Origin: Candidatus Scalindua sp.
GTDB lineage: Bacteria; Planctomycetota; Brocadiia; Brocadiales; Scalinduaceae
Length of the DNA stretch: 32,000 nucleotides
Assembly: GCA_031316235.1 (NCBI GenBank)
Contig: JALDRA010000001.1
Coordinates: 1,500,001 to 1,532,000 of the forward strand
Direction: 5' to 3'
In this document: one piece after another, positions 17,693 through 27,037 of the stretch
Numbering within the stretch: the first letter of the stretch is position 1
How the letters are laid out: every line of letters begins with the position of its first letter
Notes under the pieces: model-generated
Database searches by the model: none
What the model saw: the letters and a program-made list of their open reading frames with translations, nothing else
What the model was told of the DNA's origin: nothing
Program-made: the position numbers and the translations under genes

Positions 17693-17907
17693 AAGATTAT
17701 CATATTAATATATTTTATAGTGATGAAGATAATGGATATATTGCGGACATACCGGATTTAAAACATTGTTCTGCTTTTGGTGCAACCCAAGAAGAAGCAC
17801 TTAAGGAGGCTTTAAAGGCAAAAGACGCATGGCTTGAGACAGCTCGATCAAGGAATAAACCTATACCAAGCCCTCAATACCGCCCCGTAATTTACCAAGT
17901 TGTTTAA
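17689..17907 (+). CDS. hicB: Type II antitoxin, HicB family
   Basis: 72 aa. YHINIFYSDEDNGYIADIPDLKHCSAFGATQEEALKEALKAKDAWLE is a typical HicB N-terminal fold sequence. It is translationally coupled to hicA. Confidence 0.8.
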   Translation: MKDYHINIFYSDEDNGYIADIPDLKHCSAFGATQEEALKEALKAKDAWLETARSRNKPIPSPQYRPVIYQVV

Positions 17908-17946
17908 AGTTGTACAGTAATAAATGTTTATGTTATGTGTAGTAAA

Positions 17947-17972
17947 TACTTATGTGAAGCTTCACATAAGTA
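17947..17972. repeat. Perfect 26-nt palindrome centred on AAGCTT
   Basis: TACTTATGTGAAGCTTCACATAAGTA reads the same on both strands. It sits exactly where homology of the adjacent HUH-gene remnant ends. Confidence 0.9.
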
Positions 17973-18152
17973 ATGGTTATTCATGAGTACATAAGCATGA
18001 ACACTTCAACCGGTTCTTGCACATACTTCCATCAAGGTTTCAAGGAACCGCTCACGGTTAGTATCATCCCGAAAAAGCTCTGCCTGCCTATTACCACGGC
18101 TTATTACATGATACACCGCTCCATCATACTCAATTCCTGGTTTCCCTGGCAT
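17970..18152 (-). pseudogene. Remnant of an IS200-like/REP-associated HUH tyrosine transposase gene (N-terminal ~60 codons, in-frame TGA)
   Basis: The minus-strand translation is MPGKPGIEYDGAVYHVISRGNRQAELFRDDTNRERFLETLMEVCARTG*SVHAYVLMNNHY. It parallels the intact paralogue at 31222 (RIEYPGAWHHAMNRG...LLPNHYHLLL). It is broken by a stop at 18006-18008 and truncated within the HUH motif. Confidence 0.75.
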
Positions 18153-18549
18153 ATGTTAGAATAATATCAATATCTCAGAAGAGTGCCAACGCTTAAATGC
18201 GAGTATCTGCCCCCTTTATTTTAGTGTAGTAAGTTTGACAATTCCTATCGCGTCGAAGCCAACTGCTAAAACAGGTTACAAAATCCTGGGTAAATATTCA
18301 AGAGATCTTTTGATACAATTGACCATGATGACTAATCAGACTTTTCGGGTATAGGACAAAAGACAGACATGTTATATAACACATAAAGATATGGCTGAAT
18401 GCCCTGGTGTTAGACCAATTCTTGAAACTATTTTTACCCCAAGGGCGCATATCCCCACGCTCATCAACACTCAAGAACGGAGGGACAAGGCCGTTCAAAC
18501 AAATGATATGCTTGCCCATTTTTCTTATATGGTCTGCAATTCCGCAGGG

Positions 18550-19701
18550 TTAAAAATCGACAACCCCACCGCTGAAGCAGCACTCGAAAATCCTTTTTAT
18601 ATCTTCCAGAGTCGGTTGACGCGGATTAGTGCCGGTACAAGGATCATCCATGGCGTTCTGCGTTATGGCATCCAATTTTTCTGCCCAAACCTGAGGATCG
18701 ACACCATACTCTTTGAAATTACTCTTAATATCCACGCTCTGCCTGAGATTCTCTATCTCCCTGGCAAAATCCTCGGCAGTTTCCTTGCCCAGGGCTTGGG
18801 CCAACAAGCAGTATTTGTCAGTGCTGCGGCTATTAAACCGAATCACGTTTGGCATAAGGATGGCATTCGCGCAACCATGGGGAACATTGAACATGCCACC
18901 AATCTGGTGCGCCATTGAGTGGGTAATACCTAAAATAGCGTTGGAAAATGCCATCCCGCCCAAACAGGAAGCATCGTGCATGGCCTGACGGGCTTCAAGG
19001 TTATTTCCGTCCTTAAAAGCCCGGGGAAGGTAATCGAAAACGATACGGACAGAATGTATGGAAAGAGCGTCTGTGTAAGGTGATGCCAGGCCGGCAACAA
19101 AGGCTTCAACATCGTGGGATAACGCATCCATCCCTGTATTAGCGGTGATATGGGGGGGCATGCTTTGGCAAAGATTTCCGTCTACTATAGCAATATCGGG
19201 GCAGAGCTCATAGGAGACTATGGGGTATTTGGTCCCTTTACTACGGTCAGTGATGACCGAAAGGCCGGTCACCTCGGTGCCTGTCCCACTGGTGGATGGG
19301 ATAGCAATAAAGCGGGCCTTGTTGCGCAGTGGTTTTATCGTAAATGGACGGACAATCTCTTCGAAAGTTACTTCAGGGTATTCATAAAATACCCACATGG
19401 CCTTGGCTGCGTCGATGGCAGAACACCCACCCAGACCAATAATGAGATCAGGTTTCTCATGTTTGAGAAATTCCGCCCCTTTCATCACGGTTTCAACGGA
19501 AGGGTCAGGCTCTACCCCTTCAAAAACAGTCGAAGTAATACCGGTTTCCTTCAAAAGGTTGATAGTTTTATCGAGAAACCCGAAGCGCTTTATTGAACCA
19601 CCGCCTATAACGATAACGGCTTTATTGCCTTCTACCTCTTTCAGGTTCTCCAAAGACCCAAGCCCATGATATATTTTCCTTGGAACGATAAATGATGACA
19701 T
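18550..19701 (-). CDS. Iron-containing (group III) alcohol dehydrogenase
   Basis: 383 aa. Motifs are GGGSIKRFG, LGGCSAIDAAKA and the metal-binding histidines in HSMAHQIGGMFNVPHGCANA. Confidence 0.9.
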   Translation of the reverse strand: MSSFIVPRKIYHGLGSLENLKEVEGNKAVIVIGGGSIKRFGFLDKTINLLKETGITSTVFEGVEPDPSVETVMKGAEFLKHEKPDLIIGLGGCSAIDAAKAMWVFYEYPEVTFEEIVRPFTIKPLRNKARFIAIPSTSGTGTEVTGLSVITDRSKGTKYPIVSYELCPDIAIVDGNLCQSMPPHITANTGMDALSHDVEAFVAGLASPYTDALSIHSVRIVFDYLPRAFKDGNNLEARQAMHDASCLGGMAFSNAILGITHSMAHQIGGMFNVPHGCANAILMPNVIRFNSRSTDKYCLLAQALGKETAEDFAREIENLRQSVDIKSNFKEYGVDPQVWAEKLDAITQNAMDDPCTGTNPRQPTLEDIKRIFECCFSGGVVDF

Positions 19702-19759
19702 AATTTTTTTCTCCTTTATAGATTTTAGCGCAACCCCAGAAACACTGTGGGTCGCTTAT

Positions 19760-19925
19760 TATACTCATCTCATTCTGGATTTCGGATAAAATCCGAGATA
19801 AAATTGAGCGAGTAAAGTCCTCGGCTTTTGTCCGGGGATACCTTCACCAGGATTTGGTTTCCGGTAAAACCGAAAACCAAACCGGTTTTAGTATAATTAA
19901 CAACGTATGTTAAGCCGGTTAGTCT
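19760..19925 (+). repeat. Full-length copy (~165 bp) of the dispersed hairpin-rich repeat, upstream of the Fe-ADH gene
   Basis: See the 11327 copy. The 61-aa ORF on the track (19770-19955, minus) lies entirely inside this repeat and is probably spurious. Confidence 0.8.
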
Positions 19926-20127
19926 CACACCATCGTATACACATGTAGTAACCAAGCATTTTGGATGAGGTGCAACAAATGGATATAGTATACGACTTAA
20001 ATTTGCTTTTTGTCAAGAAAAGTATAGGGGAACTCACGGCCATGTCAAAGTTTCTCGCAAGATATCGTACAACAGATGTTTATGAAATTATATGGACATC
20101 TATGCGTAAATATTTTATACTTAGCGC

Positions 20128-21886
20128 ATGAACCGTGGCACAGTAAAATTAGATCCATTGGCCAAAGGATTACTCCAAGGAGTAACCGTCCGCCCAATTT
20201 CCCGCCAGGAACGAAATGGATGGGACAAACTGATGCAACAGCATCATTACCTTGGGTACCGTGCTTTCGTAGGAGAATCAATCCGTTATATAGCCGAGTC
20301 AAATGGACGTTGGGTAGCTCTTATCGGCTGGGCATCTGCCGCCTTTCAATGTGAGGTTCGAGATAAATGGATTGGGTGGCCTCCTATAATAAAAAACCAA
20401 CGCCTTCGATTTTTAGCAAATAACACTCGCTTCTTAATCCTACCAGGGATACACATACCAAACCTCGCTTCCCGAATTCTAGCCCTTAATCTCAAACGAT
20501 TGTCTCAAGATTGGAATGGCATGCATGGACATCCAATTTATCTTGCAGAGACGTTTGTAGATTACCGCCATTTCAAGGGTACCTGTTACAAGGCAGCTGG
20601 ATGGACATTTTTAGGATACACCAAGGGATATTCCAAATCGTCCCATGGCTATATTCGGCACAATAAACCCAAGATGATCTTTGTACACACTGTTGGATCA
20701 AGGAGCCGTGAATATCTGAATTTCCCTGAATTTAGCCTGGAATCAAAAAAGGAGCTGAAACCAATGAAATTATCTTTAAAAAATGCTGAAGCGCTTACCA
20801 AATTTTTGTTACAAATCCCCGAGCATCGTAAGCCAAGAGGCGTTCGCCACAGGAGGCGTTCTATTTTAGCAGTTTCTATTTGTGCTATCATGTGCAATGC
20901 CTGGAGCTTTGCTGCTATCGCGGAATGGGGTCAGCGCTGTTCACAAACCATGCTCAAGCGACTCTCATGCCGTTACAACACAAAAACAAAGCAGTACATG
21001 CCTCCGAGTGAACCCACTATCAGGAGATTTTTACAGAATGTGGATGCAGAATCTGTTGATAAGGCACTTTCGAGTTGGTTTCAATCCATTTGTGACAAAG
21101 ACTTGCCTATTGCGGTTGATGGAAAAACCCTTTGTGGCGCGAGACAATCTAACGGTCAACAAGTTCATTTGCTTTCCGCGTTTCTTCATGAGCAGGGAAT
21201 GGTACTTGCACAAACTCAAGTAGATCGCAAAACAAATGAAATACCGATGGTACCAATACTATTTGATGATGTAGATTTACAAGACCGTGTGGTTACTTTT
21301 GACGCCTTACACACACAGAAGGAGACAGCCCGTTATTTGGTCGAAGATAAAAAGGCTGAATATGTATTCACTGTCAAAGATAATCAAAAGACTTTAAAAC
21401 AAGACATTGTTGACTTAAATCTCAACTCTTTTCCCCCCTCAACACATAACTACTGAAAAAGGTCATGGCCGCATTGAAATCCGCAAGATCTGGACAAGTG
21501 CTGAGTTAACAGGGTACCTTGATTTTCCAAATCATAATCAGGTATTCTGTATCCATAGAAAATTCACAGAAGTCAAAACAGGTAAAAAGACGGAAGAAAT
21601 CGCTTACGGAATTACCAGCTTAACTCAAGAAAAGGCAGACCCGAAAACGGTTCTTAAAATCACCAGGGGGCACTTGGGAATAGAAAATAGTCTTCATTAT
21701 GTACGTGACACAGCCTTCAATGAAGATCGTTCGCAGATACGTACTCGCAATGCTCCACAGTCTATGGCTGCTTTGAAGAATCTAACGATTGGGCTTTTTC
21801 GTTTTTTCAAAGTAACAAATATTGCCAGGGCTCTTAGAGATTTTGCAGCAAGACCTTTTCTTGCACTTCAATTACTTCGGTGGTAA
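20128..21886 (+). pseudogene. DUF4338-like domain fused to an ISAs1-family DDE transposase, interrupted by a +1 frameshift (IS ends not identified)
   Basis: The N-terminal part (HHYLGYRAFVGESIRYIAE...AAFQCEVRDKWIGW...NNTRFLILP...NLASRILAL...ETFVD...CYKAAGW) looks like DUF4338. The ISAs1 core (DGKTLCGA...FDALHTQ) follows. The frame stops at TGA 21454-21456, and the conserved C-terminus EKGHGRIEIR...HLGIENSLHYVRDTAFNEDRSQIR continues in the +1 frame to 21886. A C6 run lies at 21433-21438. Confidence 0.8.
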
Positions 21887-22530
21887 CAGAACAAATCAAA
21901 CGAACATCAAATTTCTTGCTCTCACTTCAAGTTTATAGGGATGGTCCCGATTCATTTTGCTTTTTTGCCAAATCTGGCATACTAACACCCATGATTTCTC
22001 TTCTTTCTTGACTGATTTATGATGATCCTGAGATATTAACAGCTCAGATTACTGCGGCAAAAGACCTTGACGTTACCGTGTTGTCATACTGTGTTGTGTT
22101 GACAAATTAAATATTTTAGTGTAATACTATGCTCATCGTGGAGTACGGTATATCCATATCATAAGGACCGTGATTACGCCGTTGACATTACATGGCATAC
22201 CACCATCTTCCTGTTATACTCTGTACTGTTTACTTGCATGGTATACGACACTTCATATCGTAATATATGCAATTGGGAAAACTCATCACTCCAGGATGTA
22301 ATAGACCATACAATACAAAATAGTATCGTTTGTTCATAAGGTTGTAGCTGTTCAAGTCTGTAATACGAAAATTTAACTTGAACTAGATACGTTTTAAAGG
22401 AAAACGGGAAGGCGTGAATGTGTACAATAAAGCGGTAATAAACCGGGACTGTTTTTGTCAATTGAAATATGAAGGTGACCCTCATCCACATTACCTAACT
22501 ATTGAAAAATAGGAAGAAATAGGGAGATAC

Positions 22531-24498
22531 ATGGATTTATCTCAACACAACATGATTGTAAACTTTATCTGGGGTATCGCGGATGATTGCCTCCGGGATG
22601 TCTATGTACGGGGTAAATACCGTGATGTAATTCTCCCTATGACCGTTATCCGCAGGATTGATGCGGTATTGGAACCTACAAAACAGGCTGTATTAAAGAT
22701 GAAGGAGCAGCTGGATAAGGCAAAGGTTACCAATCAGAACCCCGCCCTCTGTCAGGCATCTGGTCAGGCATTTTATAATACCAGTCATTTTTTGCTTAGA
22801 GACCTGAAATCCCGCACGAAACAGCAGCAGCTCAAAGCAGACTTCGAGGCCTATCTTGACGGCTTTTCACCAAATGTACAGGAAATCCTGGAAAAATTCA
22901 AATTCCGCAATCAGATACCCACCATGGTAGAGTCTGATATTCTCGGCTCAGTTATCGAAAAATTTACAAACCCGGAAATCAATCTGAGCCCCAATCCTGT
23001 TCTGGATACAAAAGGTGAAGTACGTCTGCCGGCCCTTGATAACCATTCCATGGGGACCATATTTGAAGAGCTGATCCGCAAATTTAATGAAGAAAATAAC
23101 GAAGAGGCGGGTGAACACTTTACTCCACGCGATGTGGTAAAGCTTATGGCAAGGCTTATCCTTGAACCTGTCGCATCAAGGATTGAATCAGGCACCTATC
23201 TGGTTTATGACGGGGCTTGCGGTACCGGAGGCATGCTGACGGTTGCGGAAGATACCCTGAAGGATCTGGCTGCACAGCAGAAGAAAGAGGTTGTCATTCA
23301 TCTCTACGGACAGGAATCTCAACCGGAAACCTACGCCATACTCAAGGCTGACCTTCTTTTAAAAGGCGAAGGTTCAGAGGCGGAAAATATGAAATTCGGT
23401 TCTACGCTTTCAGCCGATAGCCATCCGTCAAGAGAATTTGACTTCATGCTTTCAAATCCTCCCTATGGCAAGAGCTGGAAAAACGATCAGGAACGTATGG
23501 GCGGCAAAAAAGATATCAGAGACTACCGCTTTGTAATCCAATATAAAGACAATCCAGAATACAGGATGATTACGCGTTCCAGTGACGGCCAGATGCTCTT
23601 CCTGGTTAATAAGATATCCAAGATGAAACACAATACCGTATTGGGAAGCCGGATTGCAGAAGTCCATAACGGATCGTCCCTCTTTACCGGAGACGCAGGG
23701 CAGGGAGAGAGTAATATCCGCCGCTGGATTATTGAGAACGACTGGCTGGAGGCAATCGTCGCCCTGCCTGAAAATATGTTTTATAACACCGGTATTGCAA
23801 CCTATATCTGGCTGCTTTCCAACAGGAAAACCGATGAAAGAAAGGGCAAGGTGCAGCTCATTGACGCAAGCGGCTGGTATGTCCCCCTGCGGAAGAACCT
23901 CGGCAAAAAGAACTGCGCATTTTCAGATAAACAGATTGCGTACATCTGTGACCTTATCATGCATCCCGGAGAAACCGAACAGTCAAAGATATTTCCCAAC
24001 GAGGCCTTCGGGTACAACAAGATAACCGTAGAGCGTCCGCTTCGATTGAAGGGGATTGATGCGCAGAAGGCATACTCGTCTAAAGAGATTAAAGAACTGG
24101 TGGAGAAGGGAATGACAGATGAAACCGGAACACCCGTTATCCGTAAGATTCATAAATCTATAAAACCCGATCCGTTACACGGCCTCTTTGAAGCCGTTAT
24201 CGGCAATAAGAAGTGCACTGTCGAATACCAGCCCGATACAAATCTGCGTGATACCGAACAGGTCCCGCTTCTGGAAGCAGGAGGCATTGAGACCTTCTTT
24301 AAACGGGAGGTTCTGCCTTATGTCCCGGACGCATGGATTGATGAAAGCAGAACGCAGATCGGTTATGAAATATCGTTTACCAGATATTTCTACAAACCCG
24401 CACAGATGAGGACACTCGATGAGATCATGGCGGATATCCGGGCAATAGAGAAAGAGACCGACGGATTGTTGAATGATATTGTTGGGGAGGAGAACTAA
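22531..24498 (+). CDS. hsdM: Type I restriction-modification system methyltransferase subunit
   Basis: AdoMet motif VYDGACGTGGML, catalytic motif LSNPPYGKSW, and an HsdM_N-like N-terminus. It is followed by hsdS. Confidence 0.92.
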   Translation: MDLSQHNMIVNFIWGIADDCLRDVYVRGKYRDVILPMTVIRRIDAVLEPTKQAVLKMKEQLDKAKVTNQNPALCQASGQAFYNTSHFLLRDLKSRTKQQQLKADFEAYLDGFSPNVQEILEKFKFRNQIPTMVESDILGSVIEKFTNPEINLSPNPVLDTKGEVRLPALDNHSMGTIFEELIRKFNEENNEEAGEHFTPRDVVKLMARLILEPVASRIESGTYLVYDGACGTGGMLTVAEDTLKDLAAQQKKEVVIHLYGQESQPETYAILKADLLLKGEGSEAENMKFGSTLSADSHPSREFDFMLSNPPYGKSWKNDQERMGGKKDIRDYRFVIQYKDNPEYRMITRSSDGQMLFLVNKISKMKHNTVLGSRIAEVHNGSSLFTGDAGQGESNIRRWIIENDWLEAIVALPENMFYNTGIATYIWLLSNRKTDERKGKVQLIDASGWYVPLRKNLGKKNCAFSDKQIAYICDLIMHPGETEQSKIFPNEAFGYNKITVERPLRLKGIDAQKAYSSKEIKELVEKGMTDETGTPVIRKIHKSIKPDPLHGLFEAVIGNKKCTVEYQPDTNLRDTEQVPLLEAGGIETFFKREVLPYVPDAWIDESRTQIGYEISFTRYFYKPAQMRTLDEIMADIRAIEKETDGLLNDIVGEEN

Positions 24499-24574
24499 AT
24501 CCGCAGACGACGCAGATGGACGCAGATTACACAGATTTGTCCTTCATCTGCGAACATCTCCGTAATCTGCGGAT
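24499..24574. repeat. Nested inverted repeats / hexamer array (CGCAGA x3, TCTGCG x2) in the hsdM-hsdS spacer
   Basis: The outer stem pairs ATCCGCAGA (24499-24507) with TCTGCGGAT (24566-24574). The inner stem pairs CGCAGATG (24511-24518) with CATCTGCG (24545-24552). The third CGCAGATT (24521-24528) could alternatively pair with AATCTGCG (24564-24571). The hsdS RBS GAGGTGG follows directly. Confidence 0.6.
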
Positions 24575-24588
24575 AGAGGTGGTATAAA

Positions 24589-25998
24589 ATGAAACTCAAA
24601 CCATATCTAGAATACAAAGACTCTGGTGTACCGTGGCTGGGGAAAGTGCCAAAGGAATGGGTGGAAAAAAGAGCGAAATATTTATTTCGTGAAATAGATA
24701 TACGTTCTACTGCTGGTGAGGAAGAGTTACTTTCGGTGTCGCATATTACAGGAGTCACACCAAGGAGCAAAAAAAATGTAACCATGTTTAAATCAGAATC
24801 GTATGAGGGTTCTAAACTATGTTATCCGGATGATTTGGTAATAAACACAATGTGGGCCTGGATGGCAGCACTTGGGGTATCTAAATATAAAGGAATTGTT
24901 AGTCCTTCTTATCATGTATATCGTTTAAGGCATAAAGATTCGCTGGTTTCTGAATATATAGACAAACTCTTAAGATCGTGGGGATATGCTGTAGAATACA
25001 GAATACGTTCTACAGGTATTCGACCTTCAAGATTACGATTATACCCAGATAAATTCCTTACAATTCCTATTTGCATTCCATCGTTAAGAGAGCAAAAGCA
25101 GATCATTAAATATATTAAATTCAAATCCTCACAGATTGCCCGCTTCATCCGTGCCAAGAAGCGAATGATCGAACTCCTCAAGGAGCAGAAGCAGGCCATC
25201 ATCAATGACGCGGTAACCGGGAAGATCGATGTGCGCACCGGCAAGCCATATCCGAAATACAAACCAAGCGGTGTTGAGTGGCTGGGGGATGTACCTTGCG
25301 ATTGGGATATATATCCTTTAAAGAGATGTATAAAATCGAACATTGATTCATTGTCGGAAAAAACAAGTTCCGGATACGAATTTGAATATATAGAAATTAA
25401 TAAGGTAAAATCCGGTTATATGATTGGTGCACCAGCAAAGATAAATTTTGGCAACTCTCCCTCAAGGGCAAGACGAAAGGTGAAAAGAGGTGATACAATA
25501 ATATCTACAGTAAGAACATACTTAAGATCGGTACTATTTATTGATTTTGAAAAATGTGACAATTTAATTGTGTCTACAGGCTTCTCAGTGCTTTCACCTA
25601 ACAACGAGATTAATCCTAGATATCTTGGATATCTTTTGAGATCAGACAATTTTATAGATCGAGTTATACAAAACTCTATAGGAGTATCCTATCCTGCTAT
25701 AGCAGATTCTCGACTCATTTCACTTAAAATCATATTACCATCTACATATAATCAATCTTCGATAGTTAACTATATAGAAAAAGAAACAAAGAATATAGAT
25801 TTAGCGATATCCCGCACTGAGCGAGAAATTAATCTTATGCAGGAATACCGAACCCGCCTTATCTCCGATGTGGTCACCGGCAAGGTGGATGTACGGGAGA
25901 TACATGTGCCGGAAGTCGCAGAAGAAGACCTGATCATTGAAGATATTACAGAGACAGAAGCACTTGATGAAACAGGGGATGAGGAGGAAGATAGATGA
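24589..25998 (+). CDS. hsdS: Type I restriction-modification system specificity subunit
   Basis: Two variable TRDs separated by conserved helical regions (KEQKQAIINDAVTGKIDVRTG; EYRTRLISDVVTGKVDVRE). There is an internal repeat SGVPWLGKVPKEW / SGVEWLGDVPCDW. Confidence 0.9.
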   Translation: MKLKPYLEYKDSGVPWLGKVPKEWVEKRAKYLFREIDIRSTAGEEELLSVSHITGVTPRSKKNVTMFKSESYEGSKLCYPDDLVINTMWAWMAALGVSKYKGIVSPSYHVYRLRHKDSLVSEYIDKLLRSWGYAVEYRIRSTGIRPSRLRLYPDKFLTIPICIPSLREQKQIIKYIKFKSSQIARFIRAKKRMIELLKEQKQAIINDAVTGKIDVRTGKPYPKYKPSGVEWLGDVPCDWDIYPLKRCIKSNIDSLSEKTSSGYEFEYIEINKVKSGYMIGAPAKINFGNSPSRARRKVKRGDTIISTVRTYLRSVLFIDFEKCDNLIVSTGFSVLSPNNEINPRYLGYLLRSDNFIDRVIQNSIGVSYPAIADSRLISLKIILPSTYNQSSIVNYIEKETKNIDLAISRTEREINLMQEYRTRLISDVVTGKVDVREIHVPEVAEEDLIIEDITETEALDETGDEEEDR

Positions 25999-26180
25999 AG
26001 AACAGACCCGTTCCGGCATTGCCCCTCTATCAAAAAATTGTTGAGATTCTGGAAGAGGCGAGAAAGACCGCTTATCGCTCCATAAACAGCACTATGGTAC
26101 ATGCCTATTGGCGGATTGGACAACAGATTGTTGAGCATGAACAGGCGGGGAAATCGAGGGCAGAATACGGGAAGAGCTGA
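25995..26180 (+). pseudogene. N-terminal fragment (61 codons) of a DUF1016/YhcG-like PD-(D/E)XK nuclease gene
   Basis: LYQKIVEILEEARKTAYRSINSTMVHAYWRIGQQIVEHEQAGKSRAEYGK matches the YhcG N-terminal domain, whose full-length proteins I recall as ~340-370 aa. The ATGA overlap with the hsdS stop is preserved, and the frame then dies. Confidence 0.65.
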
Positions 26181-26300
26181 GCAGGACACACTAGCAATTA
26201 CTTTTGAAGGTTGAAACGATAATTCTCGATAATGGTATTTTACTGAGATTTCAGATTACAGATAAGAAGTTGAAATTGGTTTGAGAGATTGGAAAGAAAC

Positions 26301-26960
26301 ATGAATGCAGGCAGATCAACTGAGTATTATTGCAGTATTGTTCAAGAGTTACGCAGACTACCTACAGAAACAGAATGGGTTGAATTCAAGCATAATAAAG
26401 CAGCTGCTGAGGAGATCGGTCAGTATCTCTCCGCGCTCTCTAACCCAGCGGCTCTAGTCGGAAAAGTTAAGGCTTATCTGATCTGGGGAATTGAAGATGG
26501 AAGTCATGACATTATTGGAGCCACATTTAAACCAAGAGAGTCTAAAGTTGGGGATGAGGAAGTTGAAAACTGGTTGTTGCGGCATCTATCGCCAAAGATT
26601 AAGTTCGATTTTTATGAATTGACTTTGGAGGACAAGCCGGTAGTTTTATTGGAAATCGGATCTGCATTTCGTCATCCGGTTCAATTTAAGAATATAGAAT
26701 ATATTCGAGTAGGATCATACCTGAAAAAACTCAAAGATTTTCCTGAAAAAGAACGTGAGTTGTGGCGTATTTTTGACAAGATACCGTTTGAGCGGGGCAT
26801 CGCTCAAGATAATCTTGCGGCAGAAGATGTTTTGTTGTTGATTGATTACCCTGCATGTTTTTCTCTTCTCAACTTACCGTTACCGGATTCACGTGACGGA
26901 ATTATCAAGGCCTTAGAATCAGAGGAAATGTACACATTTAGAATAACGATATGCAACTGA
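26301..26960 (+). CDS. AlbA_2 (Schlafen-like putative DNA-binding) domain protein, apparently C-terminally truncated
   Basis: PTETEWVEFKHN...AYLIWGIEDGSHDIIG is AlbA_2-like. Full-length relatives usually carry an extra C-terminal ATPase-like/HTH region. The ORF stops inside a 17-nt direct repeat at the edge of the HUH-gene insertion. Confidence 0.6.
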   Translation: MNAGRSTEYYCSIVQELRRLPTETEWVEFKHNKAAAEEIGQYLSALSNPAALVGKVKAYLIWGIEDGSHDIIGATFKPRESKVGDEEVENWLLRHLSPKIKFDFYELTLEDKPVVLLEIGSAFRHPVQFKNIEYIRVGSYLKKLKDFPEKERELWRIFDKIPFERGIAQDNLAAEDVLLLIDYPACFSLLNLPLPDSRDGIIKALESEEMYTFRITICN

Positions 26961-26973
26961 GGGAGTTTTTGCT

Positions 26974-27023
26974 CGTTCCCAAACTCCGGTTTGGGAATGC
27001 ATTGTTTGCGAAACTCTGTTTCG
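26974..27023. repeat. Left hairpin pair (REP-like / terminal inverted repeat) flanking the HUH gene
   Basis: Hairpin TTCCCAAAC-TCCG-GTTTGGGAA (26976-26997) is followed by CGAAAC-TCT-GTTTCG (27009-27023). The reverse complement of this block matches the right block at 27585-27636. Confidence 0.75.
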
Positions 27024-27037
27024 TATGAGTAAGTAAA

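Noticed and set aside
17973-18164. 63-aa plus-strand ORF on the track
   Set aside because: The opposite strand encodes a recognisable HUH-transposase N-terminus, so the plus-strand ORF is an antisense shadow.
18298-18519. 73-aa minus-strand ORF just downstream of the Fe-ADH gene
   Set aside because: It has no RBS and no recognisable family. It could be a gene remnant, but I cannot support a call.
18391-18918. 175-aa plus-strand ORF overlapping the Fe-ADH gene, together with the other ORFs antisense to Fe-ADH
   Set aside because: The minus strand carries a complete, motif-rich iron alcohol dehydrogenase, so the plus-strand ORFs are shadows.
5066-19925. Repeated ~40-165 bp units considered as a CRISPR array
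   Set aside because: The copies are kilobases apart, in different intergenic regions, and of unequal length, and one is inverted. There is no regular repeat-spacer structure and there are no cas genes.
19770-19955. 61-aa minus-strand ORF on the track
   Set aside because: It lies entirely within the dispersed repeat, and the equivalent frame is not conserved in the 11.3 kb copy.
21433-21456. Programmed ribosomal frameshifting in the ISAs1 transposase
   Set aside because: A +1 shift is required, there is no canonical slippery heptamer, and ISAs1 elements are not known to recode. An indel in the C6 run is the simpler explanation.
22174-22491. 105-aa minus-strand ORF in the 640-bp AT-rich spacer between the ISAs1 element and hsdM
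   Set aside because: It has no recognisable motif or RBS and lies in low-GC non-coding-like sequence, so it is probably spurious. The spacer itself may hold the hsdM promoter, but I could not place one confidently.
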